A stretch of DNA of 64,000 nt. Source: Variibacter sp. GTDB lineage: Bacteria; Pseudomonadota; Alphaproteobacteria; Rhizobiales; Xanthobacteraceae. Shown here piece after piece: positions 1-10,082 of this stretch; the first letter of the stretch is position 1; every line of letters begins with the position of its first letter. The translations under genes and the position numbers were made by a program. The DNA is taken from NCBI GenBank assembly GCA_039808325.1, contig JBDHSU010000007.1, forward strand, positions 665 to 64,664, given 5' to 3'. The notes under the pieces were generated by a model, which ran no database searches, was not told the origin of the DNA, and saw only the letters and a program-made list of their open reading frames with translations.

Positions 1-217
1 CCGCCTGTCCGTCGAGCCCGTGCTTCTTGGCGAGCGCGAGCACGGCCTGACCGAAGCAAGCGGACCAGCCGAGCGCGAAGAGCTGCTCGGGATTGTGCCC
101 GTCGCCGTTGCCGCCCATCTCCTTCGGCAGCGCCATGGCGAGGCCGAGGCCGCCATTGTCGAGAACGGCGCGCCCGTTGCGGCCGCCCTTCGTCGTCGCT
201 TTCGTGGTGTAAGCCAT
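1..217 (-). CDS. ohr: Ohr/OsmC-family organic hydroperoxide resistance protein, N-terminal 72 codons (gene runs off the left edge)
   Basis: Absent from the ORF track because it is open at the edge. ATG at 217 (GGGAGA 6 nt upstream) reads MAYTTKATTKGGRNGRAVLDNGGLGLAMALPKEMGGNGDGHNPEQLFALGWSACFGQAVLALAKKHGLDGQ. The GGRxG ... NPEQLFAxGxSACF pattern with the first conserved Cys is the Ohr/OsmC signature. Confidence 0.7.
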   Translation of the reverse strand, partial: MAYTTKATTKGGRNGRAVLDNGGLGLAMALPKEMGGNGDGHNPEQLFALGWSACFGQAVLALAKKHGLDGQA

Positions 218-229
218 GCTCGATCTCCC

Positions 230-1111
230 TTAAAGCGCCTCGGCGCCGGAGATGATCTCGATCAGTTCCTTCGTGATCATCGCCTGTCGGGTGCGGTTGT
301 AGGTCTGCGTCTGCTTGCGGATCATCTCGCCGGCGTTGCGCGTCGCGTTGTCCATCGCCGACATGCGCGCGCCCTGCTCTGATGCTGCGTTCTCGAGCAG
401 CGCGCGGAAAATCTGCACCGCGAGATTGCGCGGGAGCAGCTCGGGAAGGATCTCGTCCTCCTCCGGCTCGTACTCGTACGCGGCGGACGCGCCGCCATTG
501 GCGTTCGCCGGCGCCTCGAACACCGGCGGGATGATCTGCAATCCGGTCGGGATCTGCGCGATCACCGACTTGAACTGCGAGAAGAACAGCGTCGCGATGT
601 CGAACTCGCCGGCCTCGAACCGCTTGGTGATCTTCTCGGCGATATCCTGCGCGTTGGCAAAAGCGATGTTGCGCACGCCGCGCAGTTCGACGAGCTCGAC
701 GATCTGCCTGTCGTAGTTGCGGCGGAGCTGGTCGTAACCCTTACGACCGACGCAGAAGAACTTGACCTGCTTGCCCTGCCCCATCAGCGCGTTGGCGCGC
801 TCGCGCGCGAGGCGCACGATCGAGGAGTTGAAAGCGCCGCAGAGGCCGCGCTCGGCGGTGCAGACGACGAGGAGGTGCACGTCGTCCTTGCCGGTGCCGC
901 GCAGGAGGAGCGGCGCGGAATCCATCCCGGCGACGGCGGAGGCGATGTTGCCCAGCACCTTGTCCATCTGCTCGGCATAAGGCCGGGCGGCGAGCGCGGA
1001 CGCCTGCGCGCGGCGCAGCTTCGAGGCCGCGACCATCTGCATGGCCTTGGTGATCTTCTGCGTCGCCTTGGTGGAGGCGATACGATTGCGAAGGTCTTTG
1101 AGTGAAGCCAT
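230..1111 (-). CDS. atpG: F0F1 ATP synthase subunit gamma
   Basis: 293 aa. N-terminus [36 protein letters not shown] and C-terminus [19 protein letters not shown] are the conserved gamma helices. Follows atpA. Confidence 0.97.
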   Translation of the reverse strand: MASLKDLRNRIASTKATQKITKAMQMVAASKLRRAQASALAARPYAEQMDKVLGNIASAVAGMDSAPLLLRGTGKDDVHLLVVCTAERGLCGAFNSSIVRLARERANALMGQGKQVKFFCVGRKGYDQLRRNYDRQIVELVELRGVRNIAFANAQDIAEKITKRFEAGEFDIATLFFSQFKSVIAQIPTGLQIIPPVFEAPANANGGASAAYEYEPEEDEILPELLPRNLAVQIFRALLENAASEQGARMSAMDNATRNAGEMIRKQTQTYNRTRQAMITKELIEIISGAEAL

Positions 1112-1160
1112 CGTCAGACCATCTTTTTCGCGAGGCCGCCGCCCAGCGGCACAATGCGCT

Positions 1161-1261
1161 CCCTCCCCCCTCGTGGGGAAGGGTTGGGGAAGGGGGTAAA
1201 CGGCTTACACGGGAGAGAGAAGCTACCCCCCTCCCTAGCCCTTCCCCACGAGGGGAGAGGG
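1161..1261. repeat. Family-A G/C-rich palindromic intergenic element (REP/MITE-like)
   Basis: 23-bp inverted arms CCCTCCCCCCTCGTGGGGAAGGG (1161-1183) and CCCTTCCCCACGAGGGGAGAGGG (1239-1261), 1 mismatch. Each arm is itself a CCCC-N4-GGGG hairpin. Inner GGGGGTA...TACCCCC repeat. Same architecture at four other loci. Confidence 0.8.
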
Positions 1262-1308
1262 AACATCTCTGTGCTCGCCGCGATCACTTTCTTTCCGCCG
1301 CGGTCACA

Positions 1309-3407
<2,099 letters not shown>

Positions 3408-3614
3408 GTCGTTTGCGCCCTGTGCCTGGATGTCATATCCAAGAATTCACCCGAGCCGCGAGAGCCGCTCAAGCCCTTGGAATAATTGGAATTTCTGAGG
3501 GGGGAGCCGAAATGCAGCCCGGCCCCGCCAAAGTCGAAGGGTTGCTAACATACGGGCCGCGCAGGCGCAACATGACCGATGGGTGCACCCATTGTCGCAT
3601 CAACAGGAAGGTGG

Positions 3615-3718
3615 CTGTCATTCCAGATTGCCGCGAGCCGGCGAGTCCGGAATACACCGCAGCGCTGGGGATATGGATTCCGGGCTCGCGGACTTCGTCC
3701 GCGCCCCAGAATGACGGC
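3615..3718. repeat. Palindromic intergenic element, GTCATTC...GAATGAC type (family C, subtype 1)
   Basis: Nested inverted repeats TGTCATTCC/GAATGACGG and TCCGGAAT/ATTCCGGG. Abuts the priA stop codon (3721). Confidence 0.7.
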
Positions 3719-3720
3719 GC

Positions 3721-5892
3721 TTACAGAAAGCTCTGCGGGTCGATGTCGGTCTCGAGCTTAAGGCTGCCTTTCGCGCGGGGGACGACCGCAAGCCATTCGC
3801 GCAGATAGGCGGAAAGGTCGAAGCCGCGCGCGGATTTGAGCAGGATGCGCAGACGGTGCCGCCCACGGATCACCGATAGCGGCGCCTCGGCGGGGCCAAG
3901 CACGCGCACACGCGCCTCGGGCGGCGCGGCGGACGCGAGCGCGCGCGCGTAAGCCTGCGTCGCATGCTTGTCGCTACCGGAGACGACGATGCTGGCGAGC
4001 CGGCCGAACGGCGGGTAGCCCTGCCGCTCGCGCGCCTCGATCTCGGCGCCGTAGAAGGCCTCGCGGTCCTGCGCGATCAAGGCGCGCATCACCGGATGCT
4101 CCGGCTGGTGCGTCTGCAGATAGCCCTGGCCCTGCCCGGCTTCGCGGCCGGCGCGCCCCGTCACCTGATGCAGCAGTTGGAACGCGCGCTCCGCCGCGCG
4201 CGGATCGCCCTGGCTCAAGCCGAGATCGGCGTCGACGATGCCGACGAGGTTGAGGCGCGGGAAATGATGGCCTTTCGCGACGAGCTGCGTGCCGATGATG
4301 ACGTCGACACGCCCCTCCGCGATGTTCGCGAGTTCCTCACGCATTGTTTCGATATCGGTGATGAGATCGCTGGAGAGCACCATCACCCGCGCGTCGGGAA
4401 ACAGCGCGTGCGCCTCCTCCTCCAGCCGCTCGACGCCCGGCCCGCAGGCAACGAACGACTCCGTCGCCTGGCAGTTCGGGCACGCTCCCGGCGGCGAGGT
4501 CGAGAAGCCGCAGTGGTGACAGACGAGCTGGCGCTTGAAGCGGTGCTCGACGAGCCACGCGTCGCAGTTCGGACATTGCAGGCGAAAGCCGCATTTGCGG
4601 CAGAGCGTCAGCGGCGCATAGCCGCGGCGGTTGAGAAACAGAAGTGCCTGCTCGTTGCGCTCCAGCGCGATCTTGACGGCTTCCGTCAGGCGCGGGGCGA
4701 CGAAGCGTCCGCGCGGCGGACCTTCCGTACGCAGGTCGATCGCCTCGATCGCCGGCATCTGCTGCCCGCCGAAACGCTCCGGCAGCGCGAGGCGGCGATA
4801 GCGTCCGCGCCGCGCGTTCACTTCGGTCTCGACCGACGGCGTCGCCGACGAAAGCACCACCGGGCAACCGGCCTCGCGCGCGCGCACCACCGCCATGTCG
4901 CGCGCATGGTAATGCACGCCGTCTTCCTGCTTGTAGACCGCGTCATGCTCCTCATCGACGACGACGAGCCCGAGATCGGCGAACGGAAGAAACAGCGCCG
5001 AGCGCGCGCCGACGACGACCGGCGCCTCGCCTTCGGCAACCGCACGCCACAGCCGCGCGCGGCGGCGGCCTGGCACCTGCGAGTGCCATTCGCCCGGCCG
5101 CACGCCGAAGCGCGCGGCGAAGCGGTCGAGGAACGCCGTCGTCAGCGCGATCTCCGGCATCAGGATCAGCGTCTGGCGCTTCTGCCGGATCGCGTCGGCG
5201 ACGGCCTCGAAATAGACCTCGGTCTTGCCGGAGCCGGTGACGCCGTCGAGCAGCGCCGCCGCGAACTGGCGCGCCGCCACCATGCCGCGCAATTGATCGG
5301 CGGCCGCGCGCTGCGCCGCGGTGAGGTCGATCGCGATGTGATCGGGGTCGGGCGTCTCGGCGACCGGCGGGGCCGGCATGACCAGCGCCTCCAGCGTGCC
5401 TTCGTCCACCAGCCCGTCGATGACGCCGACGGAAACGCCGGCCTCGCGCGCCGCATCCGCTTTCGTGCGCATCATGCCGTCGGCCAACGCCTCGATCACG
5501 CGGGCGCGGGCGGAGGTCATGCGCTGCGGCGGCGAACCTGCGAGGCGCACGCCGATCCGCTCGCGCTCGGGACCGAGGTCGTTGCCCATGCGCAGCGCCA
5601 TGCGCAGCACCATGCCGCGCGAGGCGAGCGTGTAATCGGCGACCCAGTCGACGAACCGGCGCAACTCGTCCTTGAGCGGCGGAAAGGGAAGCTTCTCGGC
5701 GACGTCCTTCAGGCGGTTGTCGAGCCCTGGCCGCGCCGTTCCCTCGCCCCAGACCACGCCGACGGCCTCGCGCGGCCCGAGCGGCACCGCGACGATGTCG
5801 CCGGCCGCGAGGTCGAGTTCCGCCGGCGCGCGGTAGGAATAGGCCTTGTCGAGCGCGACCGGCGCCAGCACGTCGACGATGCGTTTGGCCAT
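3721..5892 (-). CDS. priA: Primosomal protein N' (replication restart helicase PriA)
   Basis: 723 aa. Walker A GVTGSGKTEVY, VVDEEHD box, Cys-rich zinc region CRKCGFRLQCPNCDAWLVEHR...LVCHHCG...CPNC. Confidence 0.95.
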   Translation of the reverse strand: MAKRIVDVLAPVALDKAYSYRAPAELDLAAGDIVAVPLGPREAVGVVWGEGTARPGLDNRLKDVAEKLPFPPLKDELRRFVDWVADYTLASRGMVLRMALRMGNDLGPERERIGVRLAGSPPQRMTSARARVIEALADGMMRTKADAAREAGVSVGVIDGLVDEGTLEALVMPAPPVAETPDPDHIAIDLTAAQRAAADQLRGMVAARQFAAALLDGVTGSGKTEVYFEAVADAIRQKRQTLILMPEIALTTAFLDRFAARFGVRPGEWHSQVPGRRRARLWRAVAEGEAPVVVGARSALFLPFADLGLVVVDEEHDAVYKQEDGVHYHARDMAVVRAREAGCPVVLSSATPSVETEVNARRGRYRRLALPERFGGQQMPAIEAIDLRTEGPPRGRFVAPRLTEAVKIALERNEQALLFLNRRGYAPLTLCRKCGFRLQCPNCDAWLVEHRFKRQLVCHHCGFSTSPPGACPNCQATESFVACGPGVERLEEEAHALFPDARVMVLSSDLITDIETMREELANIAEGRVDVIIGTQLVAKGHHFPRLNLVGIVDADLGLSQGDPRAAERAFQLLHQVTGRAGREAGQGQGYLQTHQPEHPVMRALIAQDREAFYGAEIEARERQGYPPFGRLASIVVSGSDKHATQAYARALASAAPPEARVRVLGPAEAPLSVIRGRHRLRILLKSARGFDLSAYLREWLAVVPRAKGSLKLETDIDPQSFL

Positions 5893-5948
5893 CGCGGAAA
5901 TTGCCCGAATCTCGAACGTTAATGTGGAGGAAGGAACCGGCTGCGATT

Positions 5949-6929
5949 ATGCCAGACGTGTCAAGCAATCCCTCATATCCGGCCGAATCGGCCCTGACCG
6001 CACTTCCCGCGGATACCGTCGCGGCGCTGGCGCGCTGGCAGACGCATCTCGGAGCGGAGCGGCGGCTCTCGCCCAAGACGCTGGAAGCCTACCAGCGCGA
6101 CGCGCTGCAGTTCCTCGCATTCCTCGCCGAGCACCTCGACCGCAAGATAACGCTCGCGGCGCTTGCCAGGATCGCGCCGCAGGACGTGCGCGCCTTCATG
6201 GCGTCGCGGCGCATGGGCGGGATCGGCAGCCGCTCGCTGGTGCGCGCGCTCGCCGGGACCCGCTCCTTCGCCCGCTTCCTGGAGCGCGAGGGCAACGGGA
6301 CGGTCGCGGCGCTCACCGCCGTGCGGGCGCCGAAGCTCGCCAAGACCCTGCCGAAGCCACTGGCGGCTCCCTCCGCCCGCGCCCTTGCCGACGCCGATAC
6401 CCGCGCCGGCGAGCCACGCGAGCCCTGGGTGCTGGCCCGCGACGCGGCGGTGATCGCCCTCCTTTACGGATCGGGCCTGCGCATCTCCGAGGCGCTGGGG
6501 CTCAAGCGCAAGGACTTCCCCGAGCCGGGGCCTGGCGACGCCATCACCGTCCTCGGCAAGGGCAACAAGACGCGCATGGTGCCGGTGCTGCATCGGGTCA
6601 CGGAACTTGTCGCGGACTATGTCCGGCTCTGCCCCTACGACCTTCCGCCCGACGGGCCGCTGTTCGTCGGCGCCAAGGGCGGCCCGCTCTCGCCGCGCAT
6701 CATCCAGCTCGCGGTCGAGCGCATGCGCGGCGCTTTGGGCCTGCCCGACTCGGCGACGCCGCATGCGCTGCGGCACTCCTTCGCCACCCACCTCCTCGCC
6801 CGCGGCGGGGACCTTCGCGCCATCCAGGAACTGCTCGGGCACGCCTCGCTCTCGACCACCCAGGTCTACACGGAGGTCGATACCGAGCGCCTGCTCGCCG
6901 TCTATGTGAGCGCCCACCCCCGCGCCTGA
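5949..6929 (+). CDS. xerC: Tyrosine recombinase XerC/XerD family (chromosome dimer resolution)
   Basis: Catalytic region HALRHSFATHLL...GHASLSTTQVYTEV and N-terminal SAM-like core-binding region (LSPKTLEAYQRDALQFLAFL). First ATG with an SD (GGAGGAAGGAA) is 5949, so the track start 5901 is probably too long. Confidence 0.8.
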   Translation: MPDVSSNPSYPAESALTALPADTVAALARWQTHLGAERRLSPKTLEAYQRDALQFLAFLAEHLDRKITLAALARIAPQDVRAFMASRRMGGIGSRSLVRALAGTRSFARFLEREGNGTVAALTAVRAPKLAKTLPKPLAAPSARALADADTRAGEPREPWVLARDAAVIALLYGSGLRISEALGLKRKDFPEPGPGDAITVLGKGNKTRMVPVLHRVTELVADYVRLCPYDLPPDGPLFVGAKGGPLSPRIIQLAVERMRGALGLPDSATPHALRHSFATHLLARGGDLRAIQELLGHASLSTTQVYTEVDTERLLAVYVSAHPRA

Positions 6930-7042
6930 AGCAGGTGCAGCGTGGCGCGGCGGTGACAGCGCGCCGAAGTTCGTCACCACGCCTTGCGGCCGCCATGGTC
7001 TTCACCTCAGGCTGTCCGGCCGACAAAGCGGGGGACGACGCA

Positions 7043-7666
7043 ATGAGTCACGGTGTGCACGCGGTGCAGCACGAAGCCGAGCACAAGATCAACCACAAAG
7101 AGCACGATCACGGCGGCGGCCACGACAGCCGCAACCGGAAGATCGCGCTCGTCATCGCGGTGCTGGCGCTCTTCCTCGCCTTCTCAGAGACCTTGGGCAA
7201 GAGCGCGCAGACGGCGGCGATCAGCGACAATGTCGAAGCCTCGAACCTGTGGGCGTTCTTCCAGGCGAAGACGATCCGCATCACGACGCTGCGCACCGCC
7301 GCCGAGATGTTCAAGACCAGCGCCGGCGTCGCCGACAACACGCCGGTCGCGGAAGCCATGAACAAGCAGGTCGAGGCGTGGCTGAAGACCGCCGGGCGCT
7401 ACGAGGACGAGGCGGAACCGCCGGAAGGCCGCAAGCAGTTGATGGCTCGCGCCAAGGCGGCCGAGCACAAGCGCGACCTCGCGATGGCGCGCTACCACCA
7501 CTACGAGGTCGCCTCGGCGCTGCTGCTGATCGGCATCGTGCTGGCGTCGGCGGCGGTGATCACCGGCATGATCGCGCTGTGCTGGATTGCCGGCGGACTC
7601 GGCCTCGCCGGCGTCGCCTTCATGGGCATCGGGCTGTTCGCGCCGCATGCCGTGCATTTGATGTGA
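7043..7666 (+). CDS. DUF4337-like membrane protein
   Basis: Last 207 codons of track ORF 5846..7666, ATG at 7043. NRKIALVIAVLALFLAFSETLGKSAQT...SNLWAFFQAKTIR and two C-terminal TM segments recall DUF4337. Confidence 0.75.
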   Translation: MSHGVHAVQHEAEHKINHKEHDHGGGHDSRNRKIALVIAVLALFLAFSETLGKSAQTAAISDNVEASNLWAFFQAKTIRITTLRTAAEMFKTSAGVADNTPVAEAMNKQVEAWLKTAGRYEDEAEPPEGRKQLMARAKAAEHKRDLAMARYHHYEVASALLLIGIVLASAAVITGMIALCWIAGGLGLAGVAFMGIGLFAPHAVHLM

Positions 7667-7678
7667 GGCTTTCTTCAT

Positions 7679-7792
7679 CCTCCCCCTGAAAGGGGGAGGT
7701 CGGATCGCGAAGCGAGCCGGGAGGGGGTCATTTCTGCCGACGCCCTGCCGATGACGCCCCCCACCCCAACCCTCCCCGTTTCAGAGGGAGGG
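7679..7792. repeat. Family-A double-hairpin intergenic element
   Basis: CCTCCCCC-TGAAA-GGGGGAGG (7679-7699) ... GGGGGTCAT...GATGACGCCCCCC ... CCCTCCCC-GTTTCAGA-GGGAGGG (7770-7792). Nearly colinear with the copy at 50101-50211. Confidence 0.85.
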
Positions 7793-7800
7793 AGAAGAAG

Positions 7801-8406
7801 TCACAGCCAGGGTCGCTCGGCTTTGGCCTTGCCCTCGTAAGCGCCGATCGACGGCGCCTTCTCCATCGTCAGGCCGATGTCGTCGAGGCCGTTGAGCAGG
7901 CAGTGCTTGCGGAACGCGTCGATCTCGAACTTGACGGTGCCGCCGTCCGGCCCGCGGATTTCCTGGTTCTCGAGGTCGATGGTGATCGTCGCGTTGGCGC
8001 CGCGGTCGGCATCGTCGAACAGCTTCTCGAGGTCTTCCGGCGAGACGCGGATCGGCAGCACGCCGTTCTTGAAGCAGTTGTTGTAGAAGATGTCGCCGAA
8101 CGACGTCGAGATCACGCAGCGGATGCCGTAATCGAGCAGCGCCCACGGCGCGTGCTCGCGCGAGGAGCCGCAGCCGAAATTGTCGCCGACGACGAGAATC
8201 TTCGCCTTGCGGTAGGCCGGCTTGTTGAGGATGAAGTCGGGGTTCTCGCTGCCGTCCTCGCGGAAGCGCTTCTCGGCGAAAAGGCCCTTGCCGAGGCCGG
8301 TGCGCTTGATCGTCTTCAGGTAATTTTTTGGAATGATCGCGTCGGTATCGACGTTGATCTGCTTCAAGGGCGCCGCGACGCCTTCCAGAACCGTGAATTT
8401 TTCCAT
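7801..8406 (-). CDS. leuD: 3-isopropylmalate dehydratase small subunit
   Basis: 201 aa. [38 protein letters not shown] motifs of LeuD. Confidence 0.95.
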   Translation of the reverse strand: MEKFTVLEGVAAPLKQINVDTDAIIPKNYLKTIKRTGLGKGLFAEKRFREDGSENPDFILNKPAYRKAKILVVGDNFGCGSSREHAPWALLDYGIRCVISTSFGDIFYNNCFKNGVLPIRVSPEDLEKLFDDADRGANATITIDLENQEIRGPDGGTVKFEIDAFRKHCLLNGLDDIGLTMEKAPSIGAYEGKAKAERPWL

Positions 8407-8472
8407 GGCAAAACCTCAATCCGGACGCCGTTCATGACGGTTCGGACCCGGCCGGTCAAGTCGCGGCGTCGC

Positions 8473-8697
8473 CTAGCTTCCATGCATGCGACGGACGCCG
8501 CCGGCGCGAGCGACGGAGCTTCGCCGGGCGGTAGTCAGGCGCTTTCCCAAGCGCCCGAGCATCGCCGCGAGCCAGCGAGCGGCCGAGATGACCATACCCC
8601 GCCGCGTTTCGGCACGCAGCGCCGCCGCGCGCTTGCGGTAATAGTCGTGGTCGATGCTTCCATCGGCGCGACGACGCGGTTCAATATCGACTTCCAT
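8473..8697 (-). CDS. Small hypothetical protein (74 aa)
   Basis: ATG at 8697 inside track ORF 8473..8970. MEVDIEPRRRADGSIDHDYYRKRAAALRAETRRGMV... followed by an amphipathic/hydrophobic stretch. I only vaguely recall similar small alphaproteobacterial proteins, so there is no firm family call. Confidence 0.3.
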   Translation of the reverse strand: MEVDIEPRRRADGSIDHDYYRKRAAALRAETRRGMVISAARWLAAMLGRLGKRLTTARRSSVARAGGVRRMHGS

Positions 8698-8766
8698 GAC
8701 GCCCTCCCTCCATGGCCGCAGGCAGCGGCCTCTTTCGGGAAGCATGCGCCGGGGCATTCCCCGCGA

Positions 8767-8816
8767 CTTTGAGCCGCGCTTGAGGACGGCTTGATTTTGG
8801 CTTGAGGTGCCGCTGA
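8767..8816. promoter_or_regulatory. Five 11-bp-phased direct repeats (core GCTTGA), candidate winged-helix operator
   Basis: GCTTGA at 8778, 8789 and 8800 (exact 11-bp period). Degenerate in-phase copies CTTTGA at 8767 and CGCTGA at 8811. TGA recurs at 8770, 8781, 8792, 8803 and 8814. Lies 33 nt upstream of the wHTH regulator gene. Confidence 0.4.
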
Positions 8817-8848
8817 TTATCCCGGCAGGAACGGAAAACCGGCTCTGA

Positions 8849-10066
8849 TTGCGCCGTGCCGAGGGACCTTTGGCGCTTCGATTTGGCCCATTCTCGCTCG
8901 ACATCCCGCGACGCGAATTGCGGCGGGAGGGCGCGCTCGTGGCGGTGGAGCCGCAGGTCTTCGACCTCATCGCCTACCTGGTGCAGGAGCGCGCGCGCGT
9001 CGTCAGCAAGGACGAAATCCTCGACGCCGTCTGGGCCGGCCGGATCGTATCGGAATCGACGCTGACCAGCCGTATCAATGCCGCGCGGCGGGCGCTCGGC
9101 GACAGCGGCGAGGCGCAAAGCCTGATCCGCACGGTTCCGCGCAAGGGCTTCCGCTTCGTCGGCGAGGTGGACGACCCGGCCACTCCTTCGGCGCCGCCGT
9201 CCCCCGGTGCGCAAGCGACCTTCCCTCACGCTCCGCGCGTCACGTTCTGCCGCAGCGCCGACGGGGTCAATATCGCGATCAGCACATGCGGCGACGGTCC
9301 ACCGCTGGTCAAGGTCGGCACATGGCTGACCCATGTCGAGCACGACTGGCACACGTCGGTCTGGGGACCGCTGTACCGGCATCTGGCGGAGCGGTTTAAG
9401 CTCGTCCATTACGATCCGCGCGGCTGCGGCCTCTCCGACCAGGAACCGCAGAACATGTCGTTCGAGGGTTTCGTTCACGACCTCGAGGCCGTCGTCGACG
9501 CCGCCGGCCTGGAGCAATTCGCGCTGCTCTGCTTTTCGCAAGGTGCCTCCGTCGGCATCGCATATGCGGTGCGCCATCCGGAGCGCGTGTCGCGAATGGT
9601 CGTCGCCGGCGGCTTTCCTCTCGGCTGGCGCAAGCGCGGAAGCGCTGCGGAAATCGCAACGCGCGAGGCGATGATGACGCTGATCCGGCACGGCTGGGGG
9701 CAGGACAATCCCGCATTCCGCCAGGTCTTCACCACCCGCTTCTGGCCGGACCTGCGGCCGGAACACATCGAGGCGTTCGACGCATTGCAGCGCTACTCCG
9801 CTACGCCGGAAGGCGCAGTGCGCATCCAGGACGTCACCGGCGATTTCGACGTCACCGGCCTGCTGCCGCAGGTGACGGTGCCGACGCTCGTCATTCATAG
9901 CCGCGATGACGGCGCGGTGCCGCGCGAGATGGGACTGCTGATGGCGCGCGGCATCCCAGGCGCGCGGTTCGTCGAAATGCAGACGCGCAACCATACGCCG
10001 ATGCCGCACGAGCCCGAGTGGCCGCGCTATCTGGACGAAATCTGCTCGTTCGCCGGCGCGCGTTGA
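8849..10066 (+). CDS. One-component regulator: OmpR/CadC-type winged-helix DNA-binding domain fused to an alpha/beta-hydrolase domain
   Basis: N-terminal FGPFSLDIPRRELRREG..VEPQVFDLIAYLV..RIVSESTLTSRINAARRALGD..IRTVPRKGFRFVGEV is a Trans_reg_C domain. The remainder is alpha/beta-hydrolase fold with nucleophile elbow CFSQGAS, VIHSRDDGAVP and RNHTPM. Track start is TTG 8849 (alternative TTG 8870), so the start is uncertain. Confidence 0.8.
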   Translation: MRRAEGPLALRFGPFSLDIPRRELRREGALVAVEPQVFDLIAYLVQERARVVSKDEILDAVWAGRIVSESTLTSRINAARRALGDSGEAQSLIRTVPRKGFRFVGEVDDPATPSAPPSPGAQATFPHAPRVTFCRSADGVNIAISTCGDGPPLVKVGTWLTHVEHDWHTSVWGPLYRHLAERFKLVHYDPRGCGLSDQEPQNMSFEGFVHDLEAVVDAAGLEQFALLCFSQGASVGIAYAVRHPERVSRMVVAGGFPLGWRKRGSAAEIATREAMMTLIRHGWGQDNPAFRQVFTTRFWPDLRPEHIEAFDALQRYSATPEGAVRIQDVTGDFDVTGLLPQVTVPTLVIHSRDDGAVPREMGLLMARGIPGARFVEMQTRNHTPMPHEPEWPRYLDEICSFAGAR

Positions 10067-10082
10067 GAGCGGCGGGCGCCGC

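Noticed and set aside
3579-3592. Perfect 14-bp palindrome ATGGGTGCACCCAT between priA and the atpH promoter region
   Set aside because: It is a single short palindrome with no loop and no second copy in the window. It cannot be distinguished from chance or a restriction-type site.
3964-5922. 652-aa plus-strand ORF, and the 374-aa minus ORF at 4952..6076
   Set aside because: They are antisense to, or out of frame with, priA, which has Walker A, a DExH box and zinc-finger cysteines. No motifs are present and the composition is extremely Arg/Ala-rich.
5949-6929. XerC-type recombinase as the integrase of an integrated mobile element
   Set aside because: It sits divergent from priA among housekeeping genes. 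There is no adjacent tRNA, no att-like direct repeats, no excisionase or phage/ICE genes, and it has the Xer-type N-terminal domain.
5846-7042. Upstream 399 codons of the 606-aa track ORF 5846..7666
   Set aside because: This part overlaps xerC in another frame and is Arg/Pro/Ala-rich. Only the last 207 codons (from ATG 7043) look like a real DUF4337-like protein.
8681-10009. 442-aa minus-strand ORF, and similar long antisense ORFs (e.g. 15702..17135, 16978..17907, 22355..23587, 32273..33217, 48563..49822 upstream part, 62782..63951)
   Set aside because: Each is antisense to, or frame-shifted against, a gene with clear family motifs. The composition is dominated by Arg/Ala/Gly/Asp.
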